Source of the DNA: Patescibacteria group bacterium
Lineage (GTDB): Bacteria; Patescibacteriota; Gracilibacteria; UM-FILTER-43-11
NCBI GenBank assembly: GCA_018813295.1
Contig: JAHJBZ010000066.1
Span: forward strand, 11,231-75,230
Length of the DNA: 64,000 bases
Direction: 5' to 3'
Part shown: positions 26,456 to 35,761 of the stretch, in pieces
Layout: the number at the start of each line of letters is the position of its first letter
Numbering within the stretch: position 1 is the stretch's first letter
Program-made: the position numbers and the translations under genes
The notes under the pieces: generated by a model
Seen by the model: only the letters and a program-made list of their open reading frames with translations
Told to the model about the DNA's origin: nothing
Database searches by the model: none

Positions 26456-27022
26456 TCAGAAATCCAACCCCTTAATAGCTCTTCCCTCCCTCGTAGAATA
26501 ATGCTTCACCTCATTAACATCAGAAACTAAATCAGCCTTTTTAATAAGCCAATCGGGGGCACTGCGACCGGTTAAGACAAGGTGCACATTTTTCGGACAT
26601 TTATCCACCAAATCATGCACTGCAGAATCGGAAAGCAGACCTGTTTTAATACAGGTAAGAATTTCATCCGCCACAATCAAAAAGTATCCTTTAGTAGAAT
26701 TTTTGAATTTTGAATTTTGAATTTTGAATTTTTTATTATATAAGGTATAGATTTTTTCAATTCCCTTTTTTGCCTCATTCTCATCGGAACGTGTATTTGC
26801 AAACCTAAATTCCTGTGTTTTTTCATTAAACCGATCATGGCCAAATCTGAAGACATCGATCTTATCCTTTAACTGATCTAAGATATTCTGTTCGCCATAA
26901 TGTTCTCCCCCCTTATCAAAAAAGACGATAGAAACGGCTTTATTCCACCCGGCAGCCCTTATTGCTGTACCAAGGGAGCTGGTTGTTTTACCTTTTCCAT
27001 CACCTGTAATTACTAAAATCAT
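26456..27022 (-). CDS. cobO: Cob(I)yrinic acid a,c-diamide / cob(I)alamin adenosyltransferase
   Basis: 188 aa. P-loop ITGDGKGKTTSSLG, then VADEILTCIKTGLL and LVLTGRSAPDWLIKKADLVSDV. It contains an inserted KKFKIQNSKFKNSTK segment encoded by a heptamer repeat. Confidence 0.85.
   Translation of the reverse strand: MILVITGDGKGKTTSSLGTAIRAAGWNKAVSIVFFDKGGEHYGEQNILDQLKDKIDVFRFGHDRFNEKTQEFRFANTRSDENEAKKGIEKIYTLYNKKFKIQNSKFKNSTKGYFLIVADEILTCIKTGLLSDSAVHDLVDKCPKNVHLVLTGRSAPDWLIKKADLVSDVNEVKHYSTREGRAIKGLDF
26697..26734. repeat. Heptamer tandem repeat (GAATTTT x5) inside the cobO coding sequence
   Basis: gaattttt gaatttt gaatttt gaatttt gaatttttt on the + strand. The unit length is not a multiple of 3. 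Confidence 0.95.
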
Positions 27023-27087
27023 AATCCTTTAATTAAGCAATATTATTAAATCAATTTAGGGCATGTTTGTAAATTGGAATTTAGAGT

Positions 27088-27115
27088 TTGTAAATTGTAA
27101 ATTGTAAATTGTAAA
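27088..27115. repeat. Perfect heptamer tandem repeat (ttgtaaa x4)
   Basis: ttgtaaattgtaaattgtaaattgtaaa in the cobO/nrdJ divergent spacer, with an extra copy at 27067-27073. Confidence 0.95.
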
Positions 27116-27161
27116 TTTGCGTTTATTAAAGCCAGAATCCAGCCACAACAATTCACAAAAA

Positions 27162-27209
27162 TATCAACATGTAGTGCCTATAACGTAAGCTTTATACAAG
27201 ATCTTGTGT
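27162..27209. promoter_or_regulatory. Possible tandem NrdR boxes upstream of nrdJ
   Basis: Two 16-mers centred 32 bp apart. The second, atacaagatcttgtgt (27194-27209), contains a perfect 12-bp palindrome acaagatcttgt (27196-27207) and by eye matches 13 of 16 positions of the acaCwAtATaTwGtgt consensus. The first, tatcaacatgtagtgc (27162-27177), matches about 10 of 16. Confidence 0.35.
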
Positions 27210-27397
27210 ATCGTCAAGAACATTTGTTTGACTTCACCCCTCCATTTTTCTAAATTGAAGTACGCATTCAAAAACAAAAAACAGGGATTGCCTCACCCGC
27301 TTTTTTAAAGCCCTCCATATTTCTCACTCCGAGGGAATATAAATAGGTTGAGCTATATCTTTGTGCTCATTACACCCCTAACCAAAACAATTAAAAA

Positions 27398-30300
27398 ATG
27401 AAGAAAACGCACCCATATCATGGCCTAAGCGTCAGTCGCTTTTTCACAGCCGCTGACAAAAACCCTCTAAAAGAGGTTGAATACATAAAACGTGATTGCC
27501 GCATCACCAAACAAGACGGATCAATTGTCTTCGAAATGAAGGATTTTAAGGCACCAAAGAGCTGGTCTCAAAACGCCAGTGACATCATGGCTTCCAAATA
27601 TGCCAGAAAAGCTGGCGTTCCTCAGTACGATGAAGATGGAAAACCTATAAAAGATGAAAGGGGTAATCCTGTTCTGGGTGTAGAAAAGGGTGCAGATCAA
27701 GTTATAGGACGCATGACTGGATGCTGGCGCATGTGGGCAGAAAAACATGGATATTTTGACAGCAAGCAGTCCGCAGATGCATATGAAGCAGAAATGAATT
27801 ATATGCTTATTAACCAAATGTCAGCGCCAAACTCACCACAATGGTTTAATACAGGTCTAAATTCAGCTTACGGAATCAACGGCCCTGCACAAGGTCATTA
27901 CTATGCAGATCCAAAAACTGGAAAAATAAATAAATCAGAAGATGCATACACTCACCCCCAACCACACGCCTGCTTCATTCAATCAGTTAAGGACGACCTA
28001 GTAAATGAAGGTGGAATTATGGATTTATGGATGCGTGAGGCAAGATTATTTAAATATGGTTCAGGTACAGGGTCAAACTTCTCAGCTGTTCGTGGAGAAG
28101 GAGAAAATCTTTCTGGTGGTGGCTTCTCTTCTGGTTTAATGTCATTCCTTAAAATAGGAGATCGTGCAGCCGGTGCAATTAAATCCGGCGGTACAACACG
28201 CCGTGCAGCTAAAATGGTCTGTCTGGACATCGACCACCCTGAAATCGAATCGTTCATCAACTGGAAGGTAGAAGAAGAGAAAAAAGTAGCTGCCCTTATT
28301 GCTGCTGGTTACTCCAGCGATTTCAACGGCGAAGCATATGCAACTGTATCTGGTCAAAACTCAAATAACTCAGTTCGAATTTCAAATAAATTTATGAATG
28401 CAGTCGAGAACGACGAAGATTTTGATCTTACCAGCCGTATAACCGGAAAGGCATTTAAAACCGTCAGTGCTCGAAAAATATGGAAACAGATTGGTTATGC
28501 CGCTTGGGCATGTGCTGATCCAGGCCTTCAATTCGACACTACCATTAACGAATGGCACACCTGCCCAAAAGATGGGCGCATCAACGCATCCAATCCTTGC
28601 AGCGAATATATGTTCTTAGATGACACCGCATGTAATTTGGCATCGTTAAATTTAGAAAAATTCTTTGATGAAAAAACCGATAAATTTAACGTAGAGGCAA
28701 TGCGCCACGCAATACGCCTATGGACAATCACACTTGAAATCAGCGTACTTATGGCTCAATTCCCAAGCTATGAAATTGCAAAAAGGAGCTATGAATACAG
28801 AACTCTAGGCCTTGGTTATGCAAACCTTGGAACAGTGCTAATGCTTCTCAGTGTTCCTTACGATAGCGACGAAGGCCGTACTATAGCTGCTGCACTCACA
28901 TCAATCTTAACCGGAGCTTCATATGAAACCTCAGCTGAAATGGCGGATAGCTATGGTCCATTCGTACGCTATGAACACAACAAAGAGGACATGCTCAGAG
29001 TAATCAGAAACCACAAAAGGGCAACTTACGACGTGCCGGAAGAGGAATACGAAGATTTAGAAGTGAAGCCCGTAGGCCTTAAAAAAGAACATTGTCCTAA
29101 ATATCTTCACGAAGCCTCTTGCAGAGCCTGGGATATGGCGCTTAAAAAAGGAGAAAAATTCGGATTCAGAAACGCGCAAGTTTCCGTAATCGCCCCAACT
29201 GGCACTATTGGCCTATTAATGGATTGCGATACAACCGGAATAGAACCGGACTTCGCATTGGTTAAATTTAAAAAACTCGCTGGTGGCGGATACATGAAAA
29301 TTATCAATCAATCTGTACCGGTAGCTCTTAAAAAATTAAATTATACCACCGAGCAAATACAGGAAATCTTAGATTATATAGTTGGTAAAGGCTCACTTGT
29401 CGAAGCCCCATTCATTAATTGGAAAACTTTAAAGAAAAAGGGATTAAACGAAGACGAACTTATAAAAATCGAAAAAGGTATCAAAAATGCATTCGGAATT
29501 AGCATGGTATTTAACAAATTTATAATCGGTGAGGAAGCTCTTGAACGTCTTGATATCAATCCAGATATTTACAACGACCCTAACTTTAACTTCTTAAAAG
29601 AAATCGGATTCACCGATGAGGAAATTGAAGCTGCTAATGAGTTTGTATGCGGCGCCATGACCATAGAAGGCGCACCTTACATAAAAGAGAAGCATCTGCC
29701 TGTCTTTGATTGTGCTAATAAATGTGGCAGAAAAGGAAAACGTTTCATTGATTACACCGGACACATAAAAATGCTCGGCGCAACTCAGCCATTTGTTTCC
29801 GGTTCTATTTCCAAAACCATTAACATGCCTAACGAAGTTGAGGTAAAAGACGTATTAGAAGCATATGAACTTAGCTGGAAACTCGGATTAAAAGCTAACG
29901 CCATCTATCGTGATGGAAGTAAACTTTCTCAACCATTAAATACATCATCAGAAGACAAGAAAAAGGAAGGTAAAGGGAAAATCGAAATGAGCGAAGTGGA
30001 AATTACCAAGAAACCACTACGCCGACGTCTTAGTAATGAAAGACAGTCAATCACACACAAATTCTCTATCGCAGGACACGAAGGATATTTCACCGTTGGG
30101 CTATACGACGACGGAACCCCTGGAGAATTCTTCATAAAAATGAGCAAAGAAGGCTCCACGCTTTCCGGAATCATGGATAGCCTCGCTCTTTCCATCTCTT
30201 TAAACCTCCAATACGGTGTACCACTAGAAGTTCTCATTTCCAAATTCACTCACTCCAGGTTCGAACCTTCTGGAATGACAACCAACAACGAAATTCCAAT

Positions 30301-30706
30301 CGTAAAATCCATCATGGATTACATAGGCCGCTGGCTTGCTCTTAAATTCTTATCAAAAGATGAAGCAAAGAAATATCACAATGGCGACCTTATAGACCGT
30401 GCGTATAACGAAGGTACAATGTCCATCAAGGGCGTCATGCCAGCTATTAAAAGCACTATCACAATAGGCGAACCACAAGTTAAAGAAAGAGATGATACTG
30501 AAGCAAGGTTAATCCAGGTTCTCGAAAAAGCTAAAATTCAACCAGCTAAAAAAGCAGTAACTGTCGGCGGAGTAAACTCTTATACAACTCCTGTAGCCTA
30601 CCAAAATGACGACGCACCAATGTGCCACAACTGCGGTTCTGTAATGGTGCGTAACGGCAGCTGCTACAAATGTCTGGATTGTGGTGAAACGTCTGGTTGT
30701 AGTTAA
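27398..30706 (+). CDS. nrdJ: Adenosylcobalamin-dependent (class II) ribonucleotide reductase
   Basis: 1102 aa. Motifs include the active-site SNPCSEY, plus GSGTGSNFS, GGTTRRAAKM, VIAPTGTI and PFVSGSISKTINMP. The C-terminal zinc ribbon is CHNCGS..CYKCLDCG. Confidence 0.95.
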   Translation: MKKTHPYHGLSVSRFFTAADKNPLKEVEYIKRDCRITKQDGSIVFEMKDFKAPKSWSQNASDIMASKYARKAGVPQYDEDGKPIKDERGNPVLGVEKGADQVIGRMTGCWRMWAEKHGYFDSKQSADAYEAEMNYMLINQMSAPNSPQWFNTGLNSAYGINGPAQGHYYADPKTGKINKSEDAYTHPQPHACFIQSVKDDLVNEGGIMDLWMREARLFKYGSGTGSNFSAVRGEGENLSGGGFSSGLMSFLKIGDRAAGAIKSGGTTRRAAKMVCLDIDHPEIESFINWKVEEEKKVAALIAAGYSSDFNGEAYATVSGQNSNNSVRISNKFMNAVENDEDFDLTSRITGKAFKTVSARKIWKQIGYAAWACADPGLQFDTTINEWHTCPKDGRINASNPCSEYMFLDDTACNLASLNLEKFFDEKTDKFNVEAMRHAIRLWTITLEISVLMAQFPSYEIAKRSYEYRTLGLGYANLGTVLMLLSVPYDSDEGRTIAAALTSILTGASYETSAEMADSYGPFVRYEHNKEDMLRVIRNHKRATYDVPEEEYEDLEVKPVGLKKEHCPKYLHEASCRAWDMALKKGEKFGFRNAQVSVIAPTGTIGLLMDCDTTGIEPDFALVKFKKLAGGGYMKIINQSVPVALKKLNYTTEQIQEILDYIVGKGSLVEAPFINWKTLKKKGLNEDELIKIEKGIKNAFGISMVFNKFIIGEEALERLDINPDIYNDPNFNFLKEIGFTDEEIEAANEFVCGAMTIEGAPYIKEKHLPVFDCANKCGRKGKRFIDYTGHIKMLGATQPFVSGSISKTINMPNEVEVKDVLEAYELSWKLGLKANAIYRDGSKLSQPLNTSSEDKKKEGKGKIEMSEVEITKKPLRRRLSNERQSITHKFSIAGHEGYFTVGLYDDGTPGEFFIKMSKEGSTLSGIMDSLALSISLNLQYGVPLEVLISKFTHSRFEPSGMTTNNEIPIVKSIMDYIGRWLALKFLSKDEAKKYHNGDLIDRAYNEGTMSIKGVMPAIKSTITIGEPQVKERDDTEARLIQVLEKAKIQPAKKAVTVGGVNSYTTPVAYQNDDAPMCHNCGSVMVRNGSCYKCLDCGETSGCS

Positions 30707-30750
30707 TTTTTCATTCAGACAAAAACAAAGTGTATACAGATACAAAAAAA

Positions 30751-30789
30751 CAAGAGCCTTTCTACAAGATCCCGGTAGAAGGGCTCTTG
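30751..30789 (+). terminator. Terminator hairpin after nrdJ
   Basis: caagagcctttctac / gtagaagggctcttg, with 14 of 15 positions paired. The downstream U-tract is weak. Confidence 0.6.
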
Positions 30790-30854
30790 TGATATATTTG
30801 TAAAGATTCAGGACTCAGCTGTTTCCTGTGTCCTGAATCCTGTATCCTTATGAT

Positions 30855-31619
30855 ATGTACAAAAAAGAATTCCAAATCACAGAGAATGTAAGCAACAACT
30901 CATTTTCATACGACAAGCGCACTAATCCGACAATAACTGTTCCAGATATTGTAGACGGAAGTATTGATGATGTGAAAATCGGAGACAAAATTGTTTTTGA
31001 GGATTTTGATGAAGATGGAAATCTAAAATCATGCACTGGTCTACAAAATTTCATTAGGACAGTTCATCCGACAACAAAAAAACCAGTGATAATTGTTGAT
31101 AATCACAATCATGTTTTTTATTTTTGGTATGAAGCCAGAACAAACGGGCAAATAAATAATGGAGCTACTCTTATACACATCGACCAACACAAAGACATCC
31201 GAAAACCGGCAGAAAAACTAAACAACTCCGACGATTTAAATAGTGTTTTCAAATACACCAACTCTATCTTAAACGTCGGAAACTACATCCCCCCTGCGAT
31301 GGAAGAAGGGCTTGTTAGAAAAGTAATTCCGATCACCAGTGAATCAGAGATAAATAAAAACACCCCCGAAGGCGCGCCGGTCCCCCCTGATAAGGGGGTT
31401 AGGGGGTTTGCGCGCCTTCGGGGAACCGAATCATCGTTAATCGTTAACATTGATCTCGACTTCTGGGCACCGGAAATGGATTATATAGATAATAAATTAA
31501 AAATCGACACTACAAAAAAATGGATGGAAAAAGCCGACCTAATCACAATCGCAACCAGCCCGTTTTTCATAGATCAAGAATTAGCATTAAAAGTTTTAAA
31601 GGAATTACTTTATAATTAG
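30855..31619 (+). CDS. UPF0489-like (arginase/deacetylase-fold-like) protein carrying an in-frame palindromic insertion
   Basis: 254 aa. VIIVDNHNHVFYFWYEA, LIHIDQHKDIRKP and NIDLDFW resemble UPF0489 motifs. This assignment has low confidence. Confidence 0.6.
   Translation: MYKKEFQITENVSNNSFSYDKRTNPTITVPDIVDGSIDDVKIGDKIVFEDFDEDGNLKSCTGLQNFIRTVHPTTKKPVIIVDNHNHVFYFWYEARTNGQINNGATLIHIDQHKDIRKPAEKLNNSDDLNSVFKYTNSILNVGNYIPPAMEEGLVRKVIPITSESEINKNTPEGAPVPPDKGVRGFARLRGTESSLIVNIDLDFWAPEMDYIDNKLKIDTTKKWMEKADLITIATSPFFIDQELALKVLKELLYN
31364..31423. repeat. 60-bp GC-rich palindromic element inserted in frame in a coding sequence
   Basis: A perfect 14-bp inverted repeat, ccccgaaggcgcgc (31364-31377) / gcgcgccttcgggg (31410-31423), encloses a cccccctgataaggggg hairpin. 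The 20-mer gataagggggttagggggtt (31389-31408) is identical to 39342-39361. Confidence 0.85.
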
Positions 31620-31620
31620 C

Positions 31621-31664
31621 TTAATCCTTAAGACTTAATCCTTAAGACTTAATCCTTAAGACTT
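31621..31664. repeat. 14-bp tandem repeat (ttaatccttaagac x3) abutting a start codon
   Basis: Three perfect copies end 2 nt before ATG 31665. The same word family occurs at 24740-24794 and 39373-39400. Confidence 0.95.
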
Positions 31665-33155
31665 ATGAAATTCCCATTCACAAAAAACGAAATCTTTTTC
31701 GCCGCAGTTTACTTTGTACAAGCAGCTGTCGGAATTTCCGCCCTCGCTCAATTCTTATTTACGCGCAATGAACTCGGTTTGAGTTTTATTGAACTTGGGA
31801 TATTGGCAGCACTTCCAACAATCTCCTGGAGCATAAAACCGATTTATGGATTTTTAACGGATTTAGTACCAATTTACGGATACAGACGCAGGCCATATTT
31901 GCATATAATGCCGCTAATAACAATGCTCAGCTGGCTTTGGATTTGGCAATTTGCAGACTCTTTTATCAGTTATGCCATTCCAATTATGATTGCGAATATC
32001 GGACTCGGATTTACCGATGTAATTGCAGACGGACTGGTTGTTCAGCAATCAGATGAAAAAACTGCCGGCCGATATCAGTCCATCTGTTGGGGGTCGCTAA
32101 CCGTTGGCGCAATTATCACAACATTCCTTTCCGGGCTTTTAATCGGACGAGATATTGTCAGCATAAAAGGCATGTTCCTGATCACTGCATTAATACCACT
32201 TATCACATTTACACTTTCTTTCTTTATTAAAGAAAGACGTATATCCGATCGTTCTGAACTTAAAACCCATAAAGCAATAAGTCCAAGTTATATTTATACA
32301 GCTGTGTTAGCTTTTATTGTAACAATAGTTTTACTTTCTCCATATGAAGGCCAAAACATGGCCACTGCATCCTTTGGTGTCATAGGAATTTGGTTCGTAT
32401 GGTTTGGCGGATACTTCAAACACCTTATGGATATTAAAATTATCGGCAAAAGTATATTTGCGGCCGCAATATTTATATTCTTCTGGCGTTTCACGCCAAG
32501 TTTCGGTGCACCATGGTCGGACTACCTCCTCAATCAAGTTGGCGTAGACCAGGAAACTTTTGGTTACTTTGGGGTGGTTAGTTATATAGGTTGGTTAATT
32601 GGATCAATATTATTTGCGAAATATTTTGATAAATTTAACCTAAAAAAAGTTTTACTTTGGACAATTGTATTGAGTGCCATTTTAGGGCTCAGCCAACTGG
32701 GACTTACAAAGATTGAACTTGGAAATGCGATTGGCAGTAACGTAATTATTAAATACGTAGGAGCTGTAATCTCAGCCCCTGTATTCCTTATCGCACAAGG
32801 AAGAGATTTTTGGACTCACTTGATGCAGTACGATGGTTTAATTTTCCTGAATTTCTTCCTCGACTTCTTCCTTGGAATTTTATATATGATTTCATTCCTC
32901 GCACTTCTAAAATTTGTTGCACTTAGCACACCAAGGAATCTGGAAGGAACAAACTTTGCCGTATTCGCATCCATTATGAACTTTGGACTTGTATTTGGAT
33001 CGATTAGCGGAGGATACATTTACGAACATATTCAACATGGTATGTTTGGAATAAACGGTCTTCAAATCACCGTACTCCTCGGCGCCATAACCTCCCTCAT
33101 CGCCCTAATTGTTTTGCCATGGATTAAGACAGATCATATGGCACACGAATCTTAA
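31665..33155 (+). CDS. MFS transporter, folate-biopterin transporter (BT1)-like
   Basis: 496 aa, about 12 TM helices. The N-terminal segment LPTISWSIKPIYGFLTDLVPIYGYRRRPYL is typical of the BT1/FBT family. Confidence 0.7.
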   Translation: MKFPFTKNEIFFAAVYFVQAAVGISALAQFLFTRNELGLSFIELGILAALPTISWSIKPIYGFLTDLVPIYGYRRRPYLHIMPLITMLSWLWIWQFADSFISYAIPIMIANIGLGFTDVIADGLVVQQSDEKTAGRYQSICWGSLTVGAIITTFLSGLLIGRDIVSIKGMFLITALIPLITFTLSFFIKERRISDRSELKTHKAISPSYIYTAVLAFIVTIVLLSPYEGQNMATASFGVIGIWFVWFGGYFKHLMDIKIIGKSIFAAAIFIFFWRFTPSFGAPWSDYLLNQVGVDQETFGYFGVVSYIGWLIGSILFAKYFDKFNLKKVLLWTIVLSAILGLSQLGLTKIELGNAIGSNVIIKYVGAVISAPVFLIAQGRDFWTHLMQYDGLIFLNFFLDFFLGILYMISFLALLKFVALSTPRNLEGTNFAVFASIMNFGLVFGSISGGYIYEHIQHGMFGINGLQITVLLGAITSLIALIVLPWIKTDHMAHES

Positions 33156-33156
33156 A

Positions 33157-33236
33157 ACGAATAGTAGCTCGTATTGTAGTCCACTATTCGAGCCACAACT
33201 TGAGCCACCATTCGAGCCATCCGCCGCAGGCGGGGA
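33157..33236. repeat. Dispersed 12-mer mirror-repeat spacer (cgaatagtagct / gagccacaa family)
   Basis: acgaatagtagctcgtattgtagtccactattcgagccacaacttgagccaccattcgagccatccgccgcaggcgg. It is related to 47382-47476 and 54523-54568. Confidence 0.85.
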
Positions 33237-33238
33237 TC

Positions 33239-34006
33239 TTATTTATCCCCCAATCTCTTTAAAGCTCTCAAAGCCTCGATCGGCATCATCCAGATTGTTG
33301 TATTTGATTGATCGGAAGAAAGATCATTAATAGTTTGCAATGTGCGAAGATGTAAGGCGCCATCTGCCTCAGAAAGAGTCTTGGCAGCTTTTTTCATATT
33401 CTCGGCAGCAGCCACCTCACCTTCTGCCTTAATAATAACAGCTCTTTTTTCACGTTCAGCTTCGGCCTCTTTCGCCATTGTTCTTTTCATGTTATCGGGC
33501 AAACCGATATCCTTTAATTCCACAGCTTCAACTTTTATCCCCCAGGGATCACTGGCTTTATCTACAATTATTTGAATACGACCAGCAATCTCATCACGAT
33601 TGCGAAGAAGCTCATCAAGCGTAGTCTCACCAACTGCATTACGCATCGTAGTTTGAGCAAGCTGACTAACTGCAAAATAAAAATTTTCAACCTCGATAAT
33701 AGATTTTGCAGCATCACTAACCTTATAATAGATAACCGCATTAATACGAATGGAAATGTTATCTTTTGTAATTGCCTCTTGATCAGGTACATCAACTACC
33801 TTTGTACGAAGATCAACCTTAATCATTCTCTGAAAAACAGGAATAACAATTCGCCAACCGGGATTTTTCATTCCGGAATATTTTCCTAACGTAAACATCA
33901 CACCTCGCTGATATTCATTTACCTGCTTGATCAAAATCACAATTAAAATAATGAGGGGCACAGCCAATGTACTCAGCATAGAAAAGAGAAATGCAAAATC
34001 ATCCAT
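33239..34006 (-). CDS. SPFH/Band 7 (stomatin/prohibitin-like) membrane protein
   Basis: 255 aa with an N-terminal TM helix. SPFH core (VVDVPDQEAITKDNISIRINAVIYYKV..) and an EAEAEREKRAVIIKAEGE coiled coil. Confidence 0.9.
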   Translation of the reverse strand: MDDFAFLFSMLSTLAVPLIILIVILIKQVNEYQRGVMFTLGKYSGMKNPGWRIVIPVFQRMIKVDLRTKVVDVPDQEAITKDNISIRINAVIYYKVSDAAKSIIEVENFYFAVSQLAQTTMRNAVGETTLDELLRNRDEIAGRIQIIVDKASDPWGIKVEAVELKDIGLPDNMKRTMAKEAEAEREKRAVIIKAEGEVAAAENMKKAAKTLSEADGALHLRTLQTINDLSSDQSNTTIWMMPIEALRALKRLGDK

Positions 34007-34129
34007 GATAATAAAATTAAAAAATAAACTGCTTCTCAGTTTAACGAATCTTTTTTTTAAAAGCGAGAAGAGATTTGACGATTATTTAATAAGCTATATC
34101 ATTAAATAGTAAATAATAGATTAATATCC

Positions 34130-35761
34130 ATGCCTCAATGCACAACTTGCTCCAATTCATTTGAAACCCGAGATGCAGATCGTACGTTCTACAAAAAATT
34201 TGATGCACCGGATCCCAAAAAATGCCCGGACTGCCGTTTGCAGCAACGATTAAATTTTCGTAATGAACGTACTCTCTACAAACGTACCAGTAATCTTTCC
34301 GGAAAAAGTATGATCTCCATTTATTCTCCGGAAAGCAAATATCAAATATATAGTACTGACGAATGGTGGAGTGACAAATGGGATGGCCTGAACTACGGAC
34401 GAGAATTTAATTTCAGCAGGCCTTTCTTTGAGCAGTTCCAAGATTTACTATTAAGAATACCTCGCATTACCCTTTTTAATGTAAACCCAACCAACAGTGA
34501 ATACTGCCAACAGGCTTATAACAACAAAGGATGTCATTTATGTATGGTGGTAACAGATTGTGAAGATTGCATGTATATCTCTCATACCAACCACGCTAAA
34601 GATTCCTTTGATTCAACATACACGCATCACATGGAATTATGTTATGAATGCTTAGATAGCAACCAGCTATATGGATGTATAGAATGCCAGAGTTGCCAGG
34701 GCTCAAACGGACTTATGTATTGTTACGATTGTATTGGATGCAGAGATTGTTTTGGTAGCTGGGGACTGCGTAACAAAGAAAATTACATTTTTAATAAACG
34801 CTATTCAAAAGAAGAATATAAAGAAAAAATAAATTCACTTGAATTAGGTAAATCACCTAATTATCTAGAATACAAAAAATACTTTCAGGATTTGATGAAA
34901 ACTCGGGTACACCGGGCTAGCCGAAATATTAATATTTTTGACTCAACTGGAAACTACCTGATCAATGCGCAAAACTGTCATGAATGTTTTGATTCATTTC
35001 AAATTCAAGACTGCGCGTATTGCACATGGATTTTTGAAAGCAATAACTGCCAGGATGTATATGGACTTGGTGGTAGTGGATGGGTATATAACTGTCTTGG
35101 AAATGAGAAGGTGAACAATGTAGCTTTCAATACTTTTGTTTCTGATGGTGGAGATATTTATTACAGCGATCTTTGTTTTTATTCTATGAATTTATTTGGC
35201 TGTGCTGGATTAAGGAACAAAAAACATTGTATTTTTAATAAGCAATATTCACCGGAAGAATATGAAAAATTAAGAGCTCAGATAATCGAACATATGAAAA
35301 AAACAGGTGAATGGGGTGAGTTTTTCCCGGTTTCACTTTCACCTTTTGCATACAACGAGACCGCCGCTCAAAATTATTTCCCATTAACAAAAGAGGAGGC
35401 AGAAAAACAGGGATTTGCATGGAAAACTTCAAAGGAAATTGATCAAAAAGAGCAAATATATAAAATACCGGAAGATATTAAAGACGTTCAGGATGACATC
35501 ACTGAAAATATTGTGGTTTGCTCATGCAATAAGCGTTATCAAATCGATCCAGTGGAATTAAAGTTTTATAAAGAAAAGAATATTCCTATTCCACTCAAAT
35601 GTCATGACTGCCGTTACGCAGATCGTTTAAAGCTGAGAAACCCACGAAAACTATACAAACGAAATTGTGCCAAATGTAATGCCGAAATTCAGACAACTTA
35701 TGCGCCGGATAGACCGGAAGTGATATACTGCGAGCAGTGCTATTTAAAAGAAGTGGATTAA
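34130..35761 (+). CDS. Cys-rich zinc-ribbon/repeat protein, paralog A (543 aa)
   Basis: N- and C-terminal CxxC...FYxK...P.P..CP.CR...R...RN.R.LYKR modules. The middle is internally duplicated Cys-rich repeats, each ending GLRNK..(I/C)(F/I).NK.YS.EEYE. It also carries the conserved GEWGEFFP.S.SPFAYNET.AQ.YFP motif. Confidence 0.8.
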   Translation: MPQCTTCSNSFETRDADRTFYKKFDAPDPKKCPDCRLQQRLNFRNERTLYKRTSNLSGKSMISIYSPESKYQIYSTDEWWSDKWDGLNYGREFNFSRPFFEQFQDLLLRIPRITLFNVNPTNSEYCQQAYNNKGCHLCMVVTDCEDCMYISHTNHAKDSFDSTYTHHMELCYECLDSNQLYGCIECQSCQGSNGLMYCYDCIGCRDCFGSWGLRNKENYIFNKRYSKEEYKEKINSLELGKSPNYLEYKKYFQDLMKTRVHRASRNINIFDSTGNYLINAQNCHECFDSFQIQDCAYCTWIFESNNCQDVYGLGGSGWVYNCLGNEKVNNVAFNTFVSDGGDIYYSDLCFYSMNLFGCAGLRNKKHCIFNKQYSPEEYEKLRAQIIEHMKKTGEWGEFFPVSLSPFAYNETAAQNYFPLTKEEAEKQGFAWKTSKEIDQKEQIYKIPEDIKDVQDDITENIVVCSCNKRYQIDPVELKFYKEKNIPIPLKCHDCRYADRLKLRNPRKLYKRNCAKCNAEIQTTYAPDRPEVIYCEQCYLKEVD

